Positions 27,582-37,600 of a DNA stretch of 64,000 bases are shown in pieces. The position numbers were made by a program, and so were the translations under genes. The number at the start of each line of letters is the position of its first letter. Within the stretch, counting starts at the first letter, position 1. The notes beneath the pieces were generated by a model that was given only the letters and a program-made list of their open reading frames with translations, was not told where the DNA came from and made no database searches. The stretch is from an uncultured Phycisphaeraceae bacterium (lineage in GTDB: Bacteria; Planctomycetota; Phycisphaerae; UBA1845), in NCBI GenBank assembly GCA_964424105.1, contig CAYRHJ010000016.1, positions 75,520 through 139,519 of the forward strand, in the 5' to 3' direction.

Positions 27582-28143
27582 CAGATATGCTCCCGTAAAA
27601 AGAAATACCCCATCACTCGATGCTCATGAACCAACCACGGCCAAAGCGACAGCGAAATGACCCACACAAAGCCGCCATCCCCGCCTCCCGCGTGGCATTA
27701 CGTATCCAACGAAGCGTCAGACTAACCGAACGAATCGCCCACTGTCAACACACAAATGCCCATCCCATACCGATTTGCGTGCCCTGCGGACCGCCCGCAC
27801 GCCCCCCAACATCGGACATGGGTGTGATAACGCAGGGGGCCGAAAACGTGATTCAAGATGATGGGCCTTCGGCCCTTTCTATCGGAATCGCGGGCGGTCA
27901 AGACTGATAACCGGCGCAGCAGCGTCATCAGAACTCGGCAGGAATTTGCGACATCAACAAGATTTCCCACCCATTCCCTTTGCACTGTTCCCATGAAAAA
28001 ACCCGCTGCATTTGATTGGGGACCGCTTTCGCCTTCAATCCAACCCCGCCTGGTCTTCGCGATTTGACGCGCCAACAGACGCCATCGTAAACTACCAACC
28101 GAGAGCCTGGCCAATCTTCGCCAAGCGATTCGATCGTCAAAAA

Positions 28144-28159
28144 CGGCACAATCGTTGCA
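28144..28159 (+). promoter_or_regulatory. sigma-54-type -24/-12 promoter-like element (orphan, plus strand)
   Basis: cGGCAC-aatcg-TTGCa matches TGGCAC-N5-TTGCW with correct spacing. There is no plus-strand CDS downstream. A chance match is plausible: by my estimate about 0.5 such 9-base matches are expected in 128 kb of two-strand sequence. Confidence 0.25.
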
Positions 28160-28310
28160 ATTGCCGAAGACCGCCCCAACCATACAGCCCTTTCTTTAAT
28201 GCGTCAAAGGGCCTGAACTTGACCGTAAACGCCGGTGAACGTCGCCCCATTCCGTGAACGATCGAAGTCCAATCAAGCAATAGGCCAACGAATGTCATTG
28301 GCAAATCGCG

Positions 28311-28338
28311 CAAAAAAAAGCCCGCGAAGTTCGCGGGC
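28311..28338 (-). terminator. Rho-independent terminator of the 28397-33808 giant gene
   Basis: The minus strand reads GCCCGCGAACTTCGCGGGC, a perfect GC-rich inverted repeat, followed immediately by T8. It lies 59 nt downstream of the stop codon. Confidence 0.75.
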
Positions 28339-28396
28339 ATTGGAACATTCCAACTTGTTTTTGAAGCAAATTTAAGAGCTTCGATATTTCTGCGGT

Positions 28397-31300
28397 CTAC
28401 GGATTGTCAAATCGCCTCTGTAGTGACGCAAAGTCGTAGTCGTCGATGTCGCCATCTCCGTCGGCATCAAGGCACTGACACCCAACCTCGTACGCCGGCG
28501 GCGCCACCGGTCCGACAGGACCCGTCATGCAGTCGACGAAGAACTCCAAATCCACGAGATTGACCACCTGGTTTCCATCAGCATCGCTCGTCGCCAGACA
28601 GGCCACACAAACGCCCAGTTCTTCATCACAGAACGGTTCCCCTGCGGTCTGACAGGGATTTTCACCAGGGACGCATCCCAGGGCTTCGTCACACGATTCA
28701 ACCCCATCGCAAAACGCGAGGTTGTCACAAGCCTCGTCGTCAGGCAAATGTAGGCAGGCGTCAACTTTGCCGTCGCACGAATCGATCGTGCAATCAATAA
28801 AATCTTCGCACGGGTTCGGCTGACCATCGACGCAATTCCCATCGACACATCGTTCGCCAATCGTGCAGAAAACGCCGTCGTCGCAGGGCTCACCCGCGTT
28901 GACCGCCTCTGGTTCGCACGATCCTGAATCCTGATTGCACACGCCCACATTGCAATCATCGTCCAATGGCGAACAGTCGATGGCCACGCCCCTGCAATCA
29001 CCGCCGACACATACATCCCCACTCGTGCACAGGTTCCCGTCACTGCACGCGCCGCCTTCATTGATATCCAAGGTCGCACAGTTGCCTGTGACCGGGTTGC
29101 ACACCCCAACGGAACAGGTCGTGTTCAAATGGGAACACACGACGGCCGTTCCTGAACAGATGCCTGCTCCGCACGTGTCGTTTTCTGTACAGGGAACCCC
29201 GTCATTGCAGGGATCACTGTTATTGACGAACACGCAGATTCCCGCCGGACAGGTATTGTCCGTACACGAATTGCCGTCATTGCAGTCCGATGAATCCGAA
29301 CATTTTTGACAATTAGGAATCGACGTACCCACGCATTGACCGGACACGCACCTATCGTTCGCCGTGCACAATATGCCGTCATCGCAGGCCCCGCCTTCAT
29401 TGGCGGATAACTGGCGACATTCACCGGTGTTCGGGTCACAGGCACCCACGTTACACGCGTCATTCAAACCGCTACAGTCAACGGCGTCACCTTCACACTC
29501 GCCGTTGCTGCATCGATCATTAACCGTGCACACATCGCCGTCGTCGCAGGCTCCGCCCTCGTTGGCGGGAACCTCCAGATCGCAATTCCCGTCAGCACCC
29601 TCGCCGTTGCATTCCAACACCGTGCAGGCATTTCCACTGTCCGGACAGGCCACCGGCGTGCCTTCGCACACGCCAGTCACACAGATGTCATCTGTGCAGG
29701 GGTCACCGTCACTGCAACTGTTCACGTCGTCCGCGACGAATTCACATCCCGTTTCCGATCGACAGACGTCATCCGTGCAGTCGTTTTCGTCGTTACACAA
29801 ACTGTCATTGGGATCATGAACACAGCCATCAGTCAATTCGTCACACGAATCCACTGTGCAATCCACGCCGTCAGAACAGGCGTTGTCCGATCCGCCGCCG
29901 CACGATCCGCTCGAACACGTTTCGCCCAGCGTGCAAAACAGTCCGTCGTCACAGGTTTCGCCTTCGTGGGCCGGCTGGCGTTCACACGCACCGGTCACAA
30001 CGTTGCACACGCCCACGTTGCAAGCGTCATTCAGACCGGAGCAGTCGACAGATGAACCGCCGCAGACGCCCAACGAACACGAATCATTTTCGGTGCAAGC
30101 TTCGCCGTCGTCGCATTCTCCGCCTTCATTGACGGTTCGAGTATCACACGCCCCGGTCAATTCGTCGCAGAATCCTTCGTTGCATGCATCATCCAATGAC
30201 GAACAGTCCACCAATTCGCCCTCGCACGCGCCTGATTGGCAAACATCGCCCGTTGTACAACTGGACAAGTCATCACACTCCCCGCCCTCATTAGCCGGGG
30301 TCCGCTCGCACAGGCCGCTTGCCACGTTGCACGTGCCCACGTTGCAGGCGTCGTCCAAATCCGAACAGTCTACATTACTACCTTGACACAGACCAGCCGA
30401 ACAAACGTCGCTTTCCGTACAAGCCAGTCCATCATCACAGGGATCATTGTTGTCTGCGTAAATACATACGCCGGCTGGACATTCGTCATCCGTGCAAGGA
30501 TTGCCGTCATCGCATTCAGACGCAACGGAACACTTCTGGCACCCCTCGACGGGCGTGCCCACGCATTGACCCGCGTTGCAGACATCATCCTGCGTACACA
30601 AAAGTCCGTCGTCACAACTCGACCCTTCATGGTCAGGCCTGGATCCACATGCGCCCGTGACAGGGTTGCACTCACCGGTCGTACAGGGACCGTCAAACTC
30701 ACTACAGTCCACCGGAGCCCCTTGGCATTCACCGCTCGTGCATTGATCAGTGGTAGTACACACATCTTCATCGTCGCAGTCCGCCCCTTCATTATCGGCC
30801 ACGACCAAATCGCAATTTCCCGGCGCCCCGCTTGAATCACAGGCCGACCGTGTGCACGTATCGCCGTTGTCGGGACATTGCACGGGCGTACCCACGCAGA
30901 CGCCTCCCACACACGCGTCCTCCGTACAGGGATCGCCGTCGTCGCACCCATTCGCATCATTGGCCGTGAATTCACATCCCTCGCCGTCCACGCAGCGGTC
31001 GTCCGTACAGGCATTGTTATCGTCACACGATCCGTCATCCGGCACGTGTGAACATGCGTTGAGTTCTTCATCACACGCGTCCGCCGTGCAGTCAATGCCG
31101 TCGCTACATTCGAAAGGCTTCCCCAGGCATGCGCCCTGCGTGCATTTCGTGGTCACTGTACAAAACAGACCATCGTCGCAGGGCACGCCTTCATTGCGCG
31201 GCAATGCCTCGCAAGAACCGGTCACCACGTTGCACTGACCGAGGTTGCAGAAATTGCTGACCGAGGAGCAGTCCTTGAGCGTACCGGCGCAGGTTCCGCC

Positions 31301-33808
31301 GCTACACGTGTCATTGATGGTACAGGGCCTGCCGTCGTCGCAGGGGTCGCTGTTCGTGAAAAAGGCGCATCCCCCGCCGATGCACGTCCCCGTGGTGCAG
31401 GGGTTGCCGTCGTCACAGTCCGCACTCACGCTGCATTTTTGACAACCCAAAATCTGCGTTCCCACGCACAGACCGCCGTTGCAACGATCATTGAACGTGC
31501 ACAACAAGCCGTCGCTGCAAAAACCGCCCTCGTTGACGGGAATGGATTCACACGCACCTGTCACTGCATTGCAGACGCCTTGGTTACATTGATTGGCCAA
31601 TGCCGAACAATCGATATTGATACTCGTACAAACACCCGCATTGCATACGTCGTCCGTGCACTGATTCCCGTCGTCACACGGTCCACCCTCGTTGTCCGGC
31701 AGAACCAGTGAACAATTGCCTTCCGTTCCCACTGGATCACAAGCCAACGCCGTGCATGGATCGCCGTCATCCGGACATTCAACCGCCGCGGACTCGCAAG
31801 CACCGGCGACGCACGCATCGTTCGTACAAGGATCGCCGTCTGTGCAAGCGTTCAAATCATTCGGTGTATTCTCGCACCCCACACCAGCCACGCATGCGTC
31901 ATCCGTGCAGGGATTACTGTCGTCGCATATTCCGTCGTCCGGCGTGTTCACACAGGCATCGCCGCCCTCGTCACACGAATCAGCCGTACAGGCAATTCCG
32001 TCGTCACACGTGTTCTCTTCGGATTGACAACTGCCGGCGATGCATTCTTCATTGATCGTACAAAACAGCCCATCAAGGCAGTCGGCATCCACCAGACACG
32101 CGACGCACTCGTCTCCAAATTCGTCGCAGAACGTGAACCCGGTCTCCGTACAGGCAGTCGTCCCCGGTTGACATACGCCGTCCAGGCACGTCTCCAATCC
32201 ATTGCAGAACTGACCGTCGTCGCAGCAGAACGCGCCACCGTCACAATCCACCTGTTCACAAGAACATCCTTCCGCGCCCACCGGACCCGCCACCGTCCCC
32301 GGACACAAATCATGGCAGTCGTCCACGCCGTCACCATCCGCATCACCCGCTCCCGCGGAACAAACGTGCAACGCCACGCTGCCTAATTCGCCCGTCACAA
32401 CCACACCGATCTCGTTGGCCAACACGACCGAAACCGCGGTCCCGGTGCCATTCGTAAACGAATCAAGAATCGAAAGGATTGTCGGACCATCGAGAATCCC
32501 CGCCAGCGCCTCAAAACGAAGCGTGGTGACGCGTACGCCCGCAGCGGGAACCACCACTGCATTTCCACCGGAAAACGCCTGGAAAAACGCATCCCCATCA
32601 TTGTCCGGCACACCATCGTTTGGACTGATATCTTCGTTAAGATTATGCGCGTCGGGAATAAATCCAGATTGAATCCATGGTGCAGCCCCGGACGCGGAAC
32701 GTCCCAACAGCTTCAGCGCCGACGAGTCCCACGAGATGATGGCATCTATTCCGGATATAGCCTGATTCGTGGACAGACTCGTCCGGGCATTCAATCGCAC
32801 CTCGAACACCTGTCCGACCTGCAAAAAATCGGCGACCGGTACCCATTCAAGGTCCACACAAGTTCGTTCGGGATTCGGCTCGTGCGAGCATCCCTCGCTT
32901 GGCGAACATGTGTCCAACGTGCACTGATTGTGGTCGTTACACAATCCGTCATTCGCTACATTGTCACAGGTTTGACTGCCTTCGTTGCAGACATCTTCTG
33001 TGCAGGCAACACCGTCATCGCAGGCCCCAACGGCACTCGTACACACACCAGCCGTGCAGGTATCGCCCACAGTGCAAAACAGGCCGTCGTTACATCCGCC
33101 CCCTTCATTGACAGGTTGCGGCTCGCACAGCCCAGTCACGCCGTTACATTGACCAACGTTGCATTCATCATTCAGACCACTGCAATCGACAGCCGTACCG
33201 CCACACGCGCCTTCCGCGCATGAATCGTTCTCCGTACACGAATCGCCGTCGTCGCAGGCATTCGTGTCATCGTTATTAAATTCGCAACCCACGCCGGCCG
33301 TACACACGTCGTCCGTGCAGTCGTTACCATCGTCGCATGATCCGTCGTCAGGCGTATGGACGCATTCGTTCGCGTCACATGAATCGATCGTGCAGGCGAT
33401 GCCGTCATCGCATGGATTGGGCGTCCCGCCTGAACAGATGCCTTCGCTGCATGTCTCTCCGACCGTACACAATTCGAGGTCGTCGCACGCGCCGCCTTCA
33501 TTGATCGGCAGGGCTTCACACACACCCGCATTACAGACCCCTTCGTTGCAGAAATCGGTAAATGCCGAACAATCGATCGGGCTACCCACGCAGATTCCGC
33601 CCCCGTCGCACGTGTCAATCCCCGTGCATGGATCTCCGTCGTCACAAGGATCGTCGGGGACACAGTCCCCCGGGCTGACGACCACCGCGTGCGGCATCAG
33701 TCTCAGTCCTGTTAATGACGAATGCACGAGACCCATAGCCCCGACTTCGCCCGAAGCAAACGCGACAATGAATGAAAAAAGTATGGCATTTGGCACGATT
33801 TGTGGCAT
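28397..33808 (-). CDS. giant (1803 aa) secreted Cys-rich repeat protein with an embedded cohesin-like module and a C-terminal dockerin-like pair
   Basis: GGAG 11 nt upstream of the ATG at 33808, and a signal peptide. Cys-rich repeats throughout. Cohesin-like module ~32370-32865 is homologous to that of 17726-21709. C-terminus SDADGNQVVNLVDLEFFVDCMTG ... LDADGDGDIDDYDFASLQRRF (~28400-28600). Followed by a strong terminator. Confidence 0.9.
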   Translation of the reverse strand: MPQIVPNAILFSFIVAFASGEVGAMGLVHSSLTGLRLMPHAVVVSPGDCVPDDPCDDGDPCTGIDTCDGGGICVGSPIDCSAFTDFCNEGVCNAGVCEALPINEGGACDDLELCTVGETCSEGICSGGTPNPCDDGIACTIDSCDANECVHTPDDGSCDDGNDCTDDVCTAGVGCEFNNDDTNACDDGDSCTENDSCAEGACGGTAVDCSGLNDECNVGQCNGVTGLCEPQPVNEGGGCNDGLFCTVGDTCTAGVCTSAVGACDDGVACTEDVCNEGSQTCDNVANDGLCNDHNQCTLDTCSPSEGCSHEPNPERTCVDLEWVPVADFLQVGQVFEVRLNARTSLSTNQAISGIDAIISWDSSALKLLGRSASGAAPWIQSGFIPDAHNLNEDISPNDGVPDNDGDAFFQAFSGGNAVVVPAAGVRVTTLRFEALAGILDGPTILSILDSFTNGTGTAVSVVLANEIGVVVTGELGSVALHVCSAGAGDADGDGVDDCHDLCPGTVAGPVGAEGCSCEQVDCDGGAFCCDDGQFCNGLETCLDGVCQPGTTACTETGFTFCDEFGDECVACLVDADCLDGLFCTINEECIAGSCQSEENTCDDGIACTADSCDEGGDACVNTPDDGICDDSNPCTDDACVAGVGCENTPNDLNACTDGDPCTNDACVAGACESAAVECPDDGDPCTALACDPVGTEGNCSLVLPDNEGGPCDDGNQCTDDVCNAGVCTSINIDCSALANQCNQGVCNAVTGACESIPVNEGGFCSDGLLCTFNDRCNGGLCVGTQILGCQKCSVSADCDDGNPCTTGTCIGGGCAFFTNSDPCDDGRPCTINDTCSGGTCAGTLKDCSSVSNFCNLGQCNVVTGSCEALPRNEGVPCDDGLFCTVTTKCTQGACLGKPFECSDGIDCTADACDEELNACSHVPDDGSCDDNNACTDDRCVDGEGCEFTANDANGCDDGDPCTEDACVGGVCVGTPVQCPDNGDTCTRSACDSSGAPGNCDLVVADNEGADCDDEDVCTTTDQCTSGECQGAPVDCSEFDGPCTTGECNPVTGACGSRPDHEGSSCDDGLLCTQDDVCNAGQCVGTPVEGCQKCSVASECDDGNPCTDDECPAGVCIYADNNDPCDDGLACTESDVCSAGLCQGSNVDCSDLDDACNVGTCNVASGLCERTPANEGGECDDLSSCTTGDVCQSGACEGELVDCSSLDDACNEGFCDELTGACDTRTVNEGGECDDGEACTENDSCSLGVCGGSSVDCSGLNDACNVGVCNVVTGACERQPAHEGETCDDGLFCTLGETCSSGSCGGGSDNACSDGVDCTVDSCDELTDGCVHDPNDSLCNDENDCTDDVCRSETGCEFVADDVNSCSDGDPCTDDICVTGVCEGTPVACPDSGNACTVLECNGEGADGNCDLEVPANEGGACDDGDVCTVNDRCSNGECEGDAVDCSGLNDACNVGACDPNTGECRQLSANEGGACDDGILCTANDRCVSGQCVGTSIPNCQKCSDSSDCNDGNSCTDNTCPAGICVFVNNSDPCNDGVPCTENDTCGAGICSGTAVVCSHLNTTCSVGVCNPVTGNCATLDINEGGACSDGNLCTSGDVCVGGDCRGVAIDCSPLDDDCNVGVCNQDSGSCEPEAVNAGEPCDDGVFCTIGERCVDGNCVDGQPNPCEDFIDCTIDSCDGKVDACLHLPDDEACDNLAFCDGVESCDEALGCVPGENPCQTAGEPFCDEELGVCVACLATSDADGNQVVNLVDLEFFVDCMTGPVGPVAPPAYEVGCQCLDADGDGDIDDYDFASLQRRFDNP

Positions 33809-33831
33809 GTTCCGTTGACTCCGAATACCTG

Positions 33832-33859
33832 CAATTCAACTCGTTCAATTCAACTCGTT
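33832..33859. repeat. 14-bp tandem duplication in the 5' leader of the 28397-33808 giant gene
   Basis: caattcaactcgtt occurs twice at 33832-33845 and 33846-33859, starting 24 nt upstream of the start codon on the minus strand. A third ctcgttcaa follows at ~33868. Confidence 0.8.
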
Positions 33860-34617
33860 CCGACCGCTCTCGTTCAACACGCCGGCCAACCTACGGGAAC
33901 GCGTTCGCCTCAAACGATTCCACGGAAAACCGGTCCCACTTGTATCAAGGAATTTTCTCGCAATTTGATTTAGCGAGAAAAGAAATCAAGCCAGCGCAGC
34001 GCGACACCGCCATCACGATAACGGTCCGCGTGCAAACCTCGGTCCGAAAACCCATTCAATAATCCTGTTCCAACGCGTATTCACCCCCGCTGCGCCCGAC
34101 CGCGCATACCTTCGGGCTTGATCCAAAAAGGCCATCTCCTCGGAAACGACGATGATTTTCCCGTCCCGCCCCCCGTCAGCAAGGTTTTAGCGCGCTGCGA
34201 ACGTCGCTCCAAGCCGCGAACAACTGCGCATGGAACGACCGAACGATTCAGCGGCTCATCAGTGAATGAAAATTCCCCCCAGTTCTTTGGCACCCCCAAC
34301 GGCTTATTTCCGATTTACCAATTCTCCAGACTGTAGGCACAGGTTTGGACCGATTCAAGCCGGAACAATCCCTAACCCGTGCACATTCCTCAAAATAATC
34401 ATTATGATTGGCGAATTCCAGTCAGCACCGCGTCAATTACTGGGCATTGTCGCTCGATCCAGTAGGCCCGTTCCCCAAACAAAACCAACGTCCTATAATG
34501 TGGCCGCGCGGTGAATTGGACGCTCCGTCGCTACCCGCCGATAAACAGGTGGTGCGGAACATGTAGCCTAGGGCTGCGAACGACCCAGATGGCGCGATAC
34601 GAAATGGGAGGAACCTG

Positions 34618-37600
34618 ATGATGACGCAACAGTTCGTGGGGGCTGCCGTAACATGTTTTGCAGTATCGACTTGCGCCGCAACAACGAAAGCGGTGGACGT
34701 GTTCGTTACGGCCAACGCTAACATTTCCACGTTGGTGACCGCCAATGACACCAAACTGATTTGGACCGGCAATTTCACCGTTACCGTGGACGCCACGCCG
34801 ACGTTTACCGTGTCTGGAATCAATGCCGGCGGTTTCACAGCCACGATTGACTTCACCGCCAACGATCGAAAAGTGCTGCTAAATAGCAGCAGCGGCAACG
34901 TCATATTCGACACCGCCGGCGGGGAAATCCGTGCCATCGGCGCGGGGGCCGGTGCTCAAACTGCCGGGTTTCTGGTCCCAGCCAACATTTCCGGCAAGAT
35001 TATCGAAATCAATGCGACGATCGACGACGCCGACAACGCCAACCATTGGAGCATCGGAAACAACACGCTGCTGTTCAACGCGGCTTCGGCACAGGTGGGA
35101 ACCGTGACCATCGGGTCCGACGGGGGCGTAGCCAAATTCGACGTGGACCAATCGGGCACGGCGCGGACCATCACGCCGACGGGCGATTTCACCATCGACT
35201 TGGCCAACAATCGCATTCTGACCATCACCAACGCCCTGAACGTCGGTGCGAACACGATTACCTTGGCAAGCGCCGCGTCGACCACCTCGATCGTCGCCAA
35301 TGCGGGAATCAATCTCGACAATGCGAGTTCTATCCTGTCGGTCACGGGTTCCACAACTATCGATGATCTCGACGTCGCCGCCAGCGCGGGGCTGACCCTT
35401 TCGGACGGCGTGACGCTGACGCTGACCGACGCGGTGGTCATCGGCGCGAATACTTTAACCGTTACCACGGCCAGCGGCAGCAGCGTCGAAACGATTACTG
35501 CGACCGGAGGTTTGACGCTCAACAACGCCGCTTCCCGATTGCGCGTGACCGGTGACACAGCCAACACCACCGTAATCTCGAAAGTCGACGTGGTCGGCGC
35601 GGATTTGACCACGGGTTTGATTGACGTGGATGAAAACCTTCAAATCACAACCTTAACGATCTCCCAGAACGCGACGCTGGACATCGCCTCCGGAAAGACG
35701 CTCAGCGGCACGTGCACGTTGAATGCAGCCAAGACCCTGATCCTGAACAACACCGGCACGCTCGGCACGCTGAACACCACCACGGCTGCGGGCACCGTGC
35801 AATTCACCGGCGCCGGCACCGTCACAACCTTAACCAACAGTTTCGCCGGCACCACCTTGGATGTCGACGCCAACGCCACCGTCACGGCGCTGGCCATCAA
35901 TGAAAACGTCACGATTGACGTCGCCAACACAAACACCTTGAACACGACAGCGACAGTCGCTGCCGCCAAAATTTTGACCACCGTCGGCGCGGGCACCATC
36001 ACCACGGTGACGTTGAATGGCAACGCGGCGGAACTGAACGTCACGACGCTCAGCGGTGCGGTGAACACCCTGAACGTCAACGTGGACGGCGGGATTCTGG
36101 ACGCCGACGTTGCCTGCACCGTGAACGAGGTCAACATGACGTCCAACACGGGCAACTTGACCGTCCAAAACAGCGCCGTGACGATCACCTCCGCCAACGG
36201 GTTCAAAATCAACGACAACCAACTGACGGTTAGCGAAGGTAACGGCACCATCACGCTGGCGTCCATCGGTGGCACGGGCGCGACGTTGGACATCAATGCC
36301 AGCACCGCTGTTTCGACGCTGAATGTCACGGACAGCGCCATCATCGACGTCAACACCGGCGCCACGCTGACCACCACCGCCGTCGTTTCCGCAGCCAAGA
36401 CAATGACTGTCAACAACACGGGCACCGTCACCACGGTGAATCTCGCGGGTAGTGCTGCGAAGCTGCTCATGTCAGCGGCCGGAACGGTCAACACCGTAAA
36501 CGTCACGTCGAACGGCGGCATCGTGGACGTGGACGAGTCCTGCACGATTTCGACGATCGTTCAGTCGCCGGGCGTGGGCGACGCCACGCTGGACGTCGCC
36601 GGCAACAAGACGCGCACCGGAACGGTGGACATCAACGACAACCGGCTGACGTTGATCGGGACCGGCATCCCCGGATCGATCAATATGGACACCGACGGCG
36701 GAATCCTTGACGTCGACGCCAACGCCTCGCCCACCGGCGTGACCATCAATGCCGACGTTACCATCGACGTGGCTGCATCGACCACCTTGACCGCGACCGT
36801 AAACATGGGATCGCGCACCTTGACGCTGCTGGGTTCGGGCAGCGTCTCGCGAATCGACGCGACCAACGGCACCCTTACCGCCAACGGATCCACAACCATC
36901 AGCGATTTGCGACTGACACTGGCCAACGGAGGCACCTTCAATTACGGCGGCAGCGGAAACTCCGCGGTGACGGCGCTGGGAAACAGCACCGTCGCGTTCG
37001 CCGGAACGTTCAACAAGACCGGTTCCGGATCGCTGACCCTGACCAACGGCGTCAATTCCTGGTTCAGTCGAGCCAACGGCGTCGAAATCGATGTGACCGG
37101 CGGGGAATTGATCGTGGGCGCCGCCGGCAGCAACGATGATATCACGTTTGACACCGACGGTGACGAGATTCACGTTTCCAACGGGAGCACGTTGACCACG
37201 TTCGGCAGTTGGACGGCCGGCCAATCCGGCGGAAACGTCAACGTCGATGCCGTCCCCGGTTGCACGGTGAATCTGCGATCCGCCGGCGGTAATGAATCCA
37301 TCACCGCGCTGACGGATAATGATTTCAAACTACTGGGTCAGGTCAACATCGATGGAAACAACGGCGATTACGCGCTGGCCGGCGCCTTTACCTTTCAATT
37401 CGGCGATGTGAACATCGCTGGCACGAATTCACTGATCAACAACGTCCCATCCTCGGCCATGCTATTCGCGCCCGGCGCCGTGATCGATCTGAATGGCAAC
37501 GCCGTTTTGACCATCAACGGACAGTCCGCAGGCACCCCTATCACCCTTGCCACCAGTGACGGATCGGGCGACTTCACGATCGATCGAGGCACCAGCTCCG

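Noticed and set aside
27722-28183. 153-aa minus-strand ORF (and 27620-27907 plus) in the 815-bp gap between giant genes
   Set aside because: It has no SD sequence, odd composition and no family resemblance, so I treat the gap as non-coding leader or promoter DNA.
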